Below are positions 60,391 to 64,000 of a DNA stretch of 64,000 bases, in pieces. The stretch is from Thermoplasmata archaeon (GTDB lineage: Archaea > Thermoplasmatota > Thermoplasmata > RBG-16-68-12 > JAGMCJ01). The first letter of the stretch is position 1. Each line of letters begins with the position of its first letter. The notes under the pieces were generated by a model. It was not told where the DNA came from. It ran no database searches and worked only from the letters and a program-made list of their open reading frames with translations. The translations under genes and the position numbers were made by a program. The DNA lies in NCBI GenBank assembly GCA_023136265.1, contig JAGLRN010000069.1, forward strand, positions 8,680 to 72,679, given 5' to 3'.

Positions 60391-63300
60391 ATGATTGTAA
60401 CCGTACTTGTTGTCTCTCTCTGTGGGACGATTTCAACCGTGACCGAGAGGGATGAATTGCTGGGGACCGACGTAACCACAAGTGTTCGTTCGGACCAGGT
60501 CGGAGATACACTTCCCTTTGATGTCATTCAAGAGATCTCCGCGCAGATAACAGTACCTGCTGGAAGGGAGTACTACGTCGTCTACGACAGCGCGAGTCAG
60601 ACCCTGACGGAGATCCCGATAGCCAGCCCCACGTTTGGGTTCCCGCAGAGCGCCTTGGACGCGATCGACAGAAGCCCGAACTGGATCAAGGACAACCTCA
60701 CCCGCAAGTTCGAGCAAATGGCGGATGAGCCCATACAGGTACAAGGCTTCGCGGCGCCCGCCTTCGCGGACCTCGATGCCGATGGCGATCTGGACCTCGT
60801 CGTCGGGACGGAGAACGACGGGCTCAAGTACTTCGAGAATGTCGAAGAAGGACTGCATTACTACGAGGCCTATGACGTCTATGTCGGAGGCGTTCTTGTC
60901 TCAAACGACTCGATGTTTGGAGCCCTTGCCCTGACAAGGGCGGACCCGGCAGTTACGGACCTGGACGGCGACAACGACCTTGACATCCTCATCGGCGTCA
61001 GCAACGGCGTCTGGTTCCTTACGAACCTCGGCACCCCGCAGGCGCCTTCCTGGAGTAGCATCCAGTCGACGAGCATACCTCTCCAGTACAGCTCGATTGA
61101 TGTGGGGGACGTGGATGCGGACGGGGACCCCGACCTCGTCATCGGCGATCAGGAAGGGAAGCTGTACCTCTCAGAGAACCTCGCGTCTAACCCGCAATAC
61201 ATCTCTGACGGCAACCCCGCAACCGTGACCACTTCGGCCTTCGCGACGATCGTGAATCTCGCTCTTGACGTGGGTGACTACGCGAGCCCCGCACTTGCTG
61301 ACGTGGACGCTGACGGGGACCTGGACATGGTGTCAGGCAACCTGGCCGGAGAGCTGAGCTTCCACGAGAACATCTGGGACCCCACGAGCCCCAACTGGGC
61401 GCCCAACGACCCGACCGTGTTCGAGAACCTCGACATCGGGGACAACAGCGTGCCCACGTTCGCGGACGTGGACCTTGACATGCTTCCAGAGATTGTGATA
61501 GGGGACGAGGACGGGAAGGTCCACTACCTGCCAAATGTGGGGACCGCGTCGAATCCGTTGTTCCTCGTTTGGGACAACGTTCCCACGACGTTCTACCAAT
61601 GGTCCAATCGCGACTACTACTACATCGATGACTCGGATGTCCTTCTCAAGGAAAGGACGATTCCCGCCAGAATGATAGACTACGCCAACCTGATAAACTC
61701 CGTCCCGGACCACATGGTCGATGAGCTTGCCTTCTCGATCGCCAACACCGCAACGGCATCACTGATGCACAGCTCTACTTATCCCGACGCGTACAGGAAC
61801 AACACGGAGGCCCTCTACTACAACGACATGTTCATCGACTACGCGGACATCCTCGACCTCGTTGACGCTGCCACCGGGGACCGCTACTCCACATTGAGAT
61901 ACTGGGTCAATGAGAGCGGAACTAGAGTGGCGTACATCGTTCCCAGGGATGTCTACTACTGGAACCTCGCCCATCCGAGGGTCTCCTACGAGTTGCCGAC
62001 GTTCATCAACCCGAACGTGGTGACCAATCTCCACGGAGGCGCTGCCGCTCCTCCCGCGGGGAAATTCTGGCGGTGGTATCTCTTCAACGAGAACGATACT
62101 GTCTGGCCTGCGGATCCTGGGAGCGTCAAGTACCCGAAGGACGAAGGCCCTCCTTTGCTGAAAGAGAAACTGGCGGGAGTGACGACCGCGTGGAACGTGA
62201 CCAATCACATCTCGCCGGCCGGCTACGGCAACGACGGTCACAACAACTCGAGGCCTTGGAACTACAGCGACCACGCGGTCGAGAAGGTCAGCCACTGGGT
62301 CAGCCTCACGCTTGCTCTGAACGTTGCCGAGCACAACGACGGGAACAGGCCGAGGCAGCCCGTCAGGATAGCTCACGAGCACAACGGCAACTGCGGAGAG
62401 CTATCCGATCTGACCGCGGCGGCCTTCAGGGCGGCCCTTATCCCAGCATATGGGGTGATGAGCATGGCGGAGGATCACTGCTGGAACGAGTTCTGGCATA
62501 ACGGTTGGCATCACCATGACAACTACTGGAGCAACTCCGCATCGATCATCGGGAACAACGACTTCAAGCACTACACGCCTGGATGGAACAGGGACTGGAC
62601 TGCGATATATGGTTGGAAAGGAGACACTAGGGTGACGAACCACATCAACACGTACCATCACGAGGAGGATCACAACGGCGATGGATTCCAGGACAGGGGT
62701 AACGTCAGCGTCAAGGTTGTTGATTCGGCAGGCAATCCTATTGATGGAGCCAAGGTTTCGATTGCAGGGTGGAGCTTCGGCCCACCCTATACTAACATTG
62801 GCGACTTCTCCACATACACGGGCCCGGATGGCGTGGCGTTCTTCACCACCAGCGAGGCCCGCCAGAACGACACCTTCGATGACGGCATCCAGATAGACGT
62901 CAGCAGCAAGTTCGGGGGCGGCTCGCTGAACCAGGGCTACGCCAACAGGTTCAAGATATGCATCGACCCGCCAAATCTCCCTCTGTACAGCTATCAGTAT
63001 CAGGTGAGCGACACCGTGCCCCGGCCTTGGCTGGAGGCGAACGTGGTTGCGCCGCCGCAGGGGGAGGGGTATTGGCTGGATGTGGACTTTGATGTGCAGT
63101 TCGGTATCCAGCACCCGCTCGCGGATGCGACGTCCCACGCCGATGACCAGGTCAATGGTGACAGGGTCGCCCATCCCGAGTACTTCTGGGACAACATCAC
63201 ACTGGATACATTCATCGCGGACGAGCAGAACTTCCAGAAATATGTCAGAGGGGAGGCATTCGATTCCACCAATCTCTCGTTGAATGTCTCTTCCGGCAGC

Positions 63301-64000
63301 GTGTTCCTCGGCCTCCCCTTGAGCGGGAACTGGTACTTCGTGCTCTCGAACAGGGATTCGCTGGAGACGAAGAAGCTCGTGAACGTCACCATCAGGCTGA
63401 TAGAGGACCTGCGTCCAGGGGCACCCCACATCACAAGAGGGGCATTCACTGGTGTCTCACAGGAGGATATCACGCTGACTTGGGAGAGGAGCACTGACGA
63501 CGGACAGGGCGAGGATGATATCCTCGCGTACACCGTGCACAGGGCGCTTGACTACCACGGACCGTACTCGGTGGTGGACACGGTTGCGGCGGATGGTCGC
63601 CTTTACTACAACTGGACCGATCCCGGACTGGGAATCGGGGATCTGACGGACTACTTCTACTATATTGTGTGTCACGACAACCTCTCGGTGATGAGAAGCC
63701 CGGAGACGGTGGGCAAAGTGGTCCAGTACATGTACCCCGGTGCGAACCTGCTCTCGGTTCCTGTGTATACGGAGGACGACAGCGTTCCGGGGGTCCTGGC
63801 GACCGTTGGATTCAACGAGGTCAGGCTGTACGATGCGAGCGATGCTGGCGACCCGTGGAAGTCCTACCACAAGGCCAAATACATCAACGACCTGCAGGGA
63901 ATCCACCCGCTCGACGGCATATGGGTCAATGCTCTCTCCGAGGGGAACCTGACGGTTATCGGTCTGATCCAACCTTACCACTCGGTCGATCTGGAGCAGG
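60391..64000 (+). CDS. Giant secreted protein, partial (runs off the window): a signal-anchor, an FG-GAP/VCBS beta-propeller, a transglutaminase-like Cys-His-Asp core, beta-sandwich domains, and the shared C-terminal module
   Basis: Signal-anchor MIVTVLVVSLCGTIST. FG-GAP blades (FADLDADGDLDLVVGTENDG, TDLDGDNDLDILIGVSNG, GDVDADGDPDLVIGDQEG, ADVDADGDLDMVSGNLAG, ADVDLDMLPEIVIGDEDG). The transglutaminase-like core is GNCGELSDLTAAAFRAALIPAYGVMSMAEDHCWNEFWHNGWHHHD. The end of the window reads NLLSVPVYTEDDSVPGVLATV...RLYDASDAGDPWKSYH...GIWVN.... It is not in the ORF track because there is no stop within the window. Confidence 0.7.
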   Translation, partial: MIVTVLVVSLCGTISTVTERDELLGTDVTTSVRSDQVGDTLPFDVIQEISAQITVPAGREYYVVYDSASQTLTEIPIASPTFGFPQSALDAIDRSPNWIKDNLTRKFEQMADEPIQVQGFAAPAFADLDADGDLDLVVGTENDGLKYFENVEEGLHYYEAYDVYVGGVLVSNDSMFGALALTRADPAVTDLDGDNDLDILIGVSNGVWFLTNLGTPQAPSWSSIQSTSIPLQYSSIDVGDVDADGDPDLVIGDQEGKLYLSENLASNPQYISDGNPATVTTSAFATIVNLALDVGDYASPALADVDADGDLDMVSGNLAGELSFHENIWDPTSPNWAPNDPTVFENLDIGDNSVPTFADVDLDMLPEIVIGDEDGKVHYLPNVGTASNPLFLVWDNVPTTFYQWSNRDYYYIDDSDVLLKERTIPARMIDYANLINSVPDHMVDELAFSIANTATASLMHSSTYPDAYRNNTEALYYNDMFIDYADILDLVDAATGDRYSTLRYWVNESGTRVAYIVPRDVYYWNLAHPRVSYELPTFINPNVVTNLHGGAAAPPAGKFWRWYLFNENDTVWPADPGSVKYPKDEGPPLLKEKLAGVTTAWNVTNHISPAGYGNDGHNNSRPWNYSDHAVEKVSHWVSLTLALNVAEHNDGNRPRQPVRIAHEHNGNCGELSDLTAAAFRAALIPAYGVMSMAEDHCWNEFWHNGWHHHDNYWSNSASIIGNNDFKHYTPGWNRDWTAIYGWKGDTRVTNHINTYHHEEDHNGDGFQDRGNVSVKVVDSAGNPIDGAKVSIAGWSFGPPYTNIGDFSTYTGPDGVAFFTTSEARQNDTFDDGIQIDVSSKFGGGSLNQGYANRFKICIDPPNLPLYSYQYQVSDTVPRPWLEANVVAPPQGEGYWLDVDFDVQFGIQHPLADATSHADDQVNGDRVAHPEYFWDNITLDTFIADEQNFQKYVRGEAFDSTNLSLNVSSGSVFLGLPLSGNWYFVLSNRDSLETKKLVNVTIRLIEDLRPGAPHITRGAFTGVSQEDITLTWERSTDDGQGEDDILAYTVHRALDYHGPYSVVDTVAADGRLYYNWTDPGLGIGDLTDYFYYIVCHDNLSVMRSPETVGKVVQYMYPGANLLSVPVYTEDDSVPGVLATVGFNEVRLYDASDAGDPWKSYHKAKYINDLQGIHPLDGIWVNALSEGNLTVIGLIQPYHSVDLEQ

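Noticed and set aside
62401-63429. 342-aa minus-strand ORF (and others, for example 61759-62382) inside the 60391 giant gene
   Set aside because: Antisense to a frame with clear FG-GAP and transglutaminase motifs. The compositionally biased translation has no motifs.

Overview
This is a 64 kb, high-GC (about 60%) window that reads as archaeal chromosome. The archaeal calls rest on an archaeal-type (class III) signal-peptide pilin, an Lrp/AsnC regulator carrying a TRASH metal-binding domain, TATA-like promoter elements and oligo-T terminators. Gene density is high, no rRNA, tRNA, CRISPR or transposase is visible, and all protein assignments come from reading translated motifs with no database search.

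The window falls into five blocks:
- **1-6.4 kb:** a partial ilvE (branched-chain aminotransferase), a membrane DUF457 hydrolase and a pilin. They are followed by a minus-strand operon Fur/PerR-FprA-rubrerythrin-TusA-IscS-IscU-small Cys-rich protein, with palindromic operators in its promoter.
- **7.7-12.6 kb:** a 1601-aa secreted protein with a papain-like (C1) peptidase domain, internal tandem repeats and a C-terminal membrane anchor.
- **13.4-21.9 kb:** FdhD and MobA (molybdopterin-enzyme maturation). Next is a single 1219-aa ORF fusing serine hydroxymethyltransferase (SHMT) to two GcvT-like aminomethyltransferase units. Then come a lower-GC FN3 surface protein, an FMN reductase, an unlisted 41-aa desulforedoxin ORF, UbiE and a PEBP-family protein.
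- **22-36 kb:** a bacterial-type CODH/ACS (carbon-monoxide dehydrogenase / acetyl-CoA synthase) cluster, CooT-CooC-tautomerase-CooF-like-CooS-AcsB-AcsD-AcsC. On the opposite strand sit a hypothetical protein, AcsF/CooC2, a cobalamin-independent methionine synthase (core MetE)-like protein, the reductive activator of the corrinoid protein (RACo) and a PurN-like formyltransferase. No AcsE is present.
- **36-42 kb:** a metal/redox envelope locus with Lrp-TRASH, an FTR1 permease, a membrane-tethered winged-helix regulator with a Met/His motif, and a His/Glu/Cys-rich secreted protein. Two paralogous zinc-finger-TM-DUF1573(CGC) proteins flank a CcdA/DsbD-like protein. An RlmN-like radical SAM protein and a TrxR-like flavoprotein follow.

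From 43.7 kb to the window end lies an island of giant, repeat-laden surface proteins. Their domains include FG-GAP propellers, Ig-like tandem repeats, PKD, FN3, an embedded family-5 solute-binding domain and a transglutaminase-like core. They share unusual C-terminal TM-basic-acidic tails and a conserved roughly 150-aa C-terminal module.
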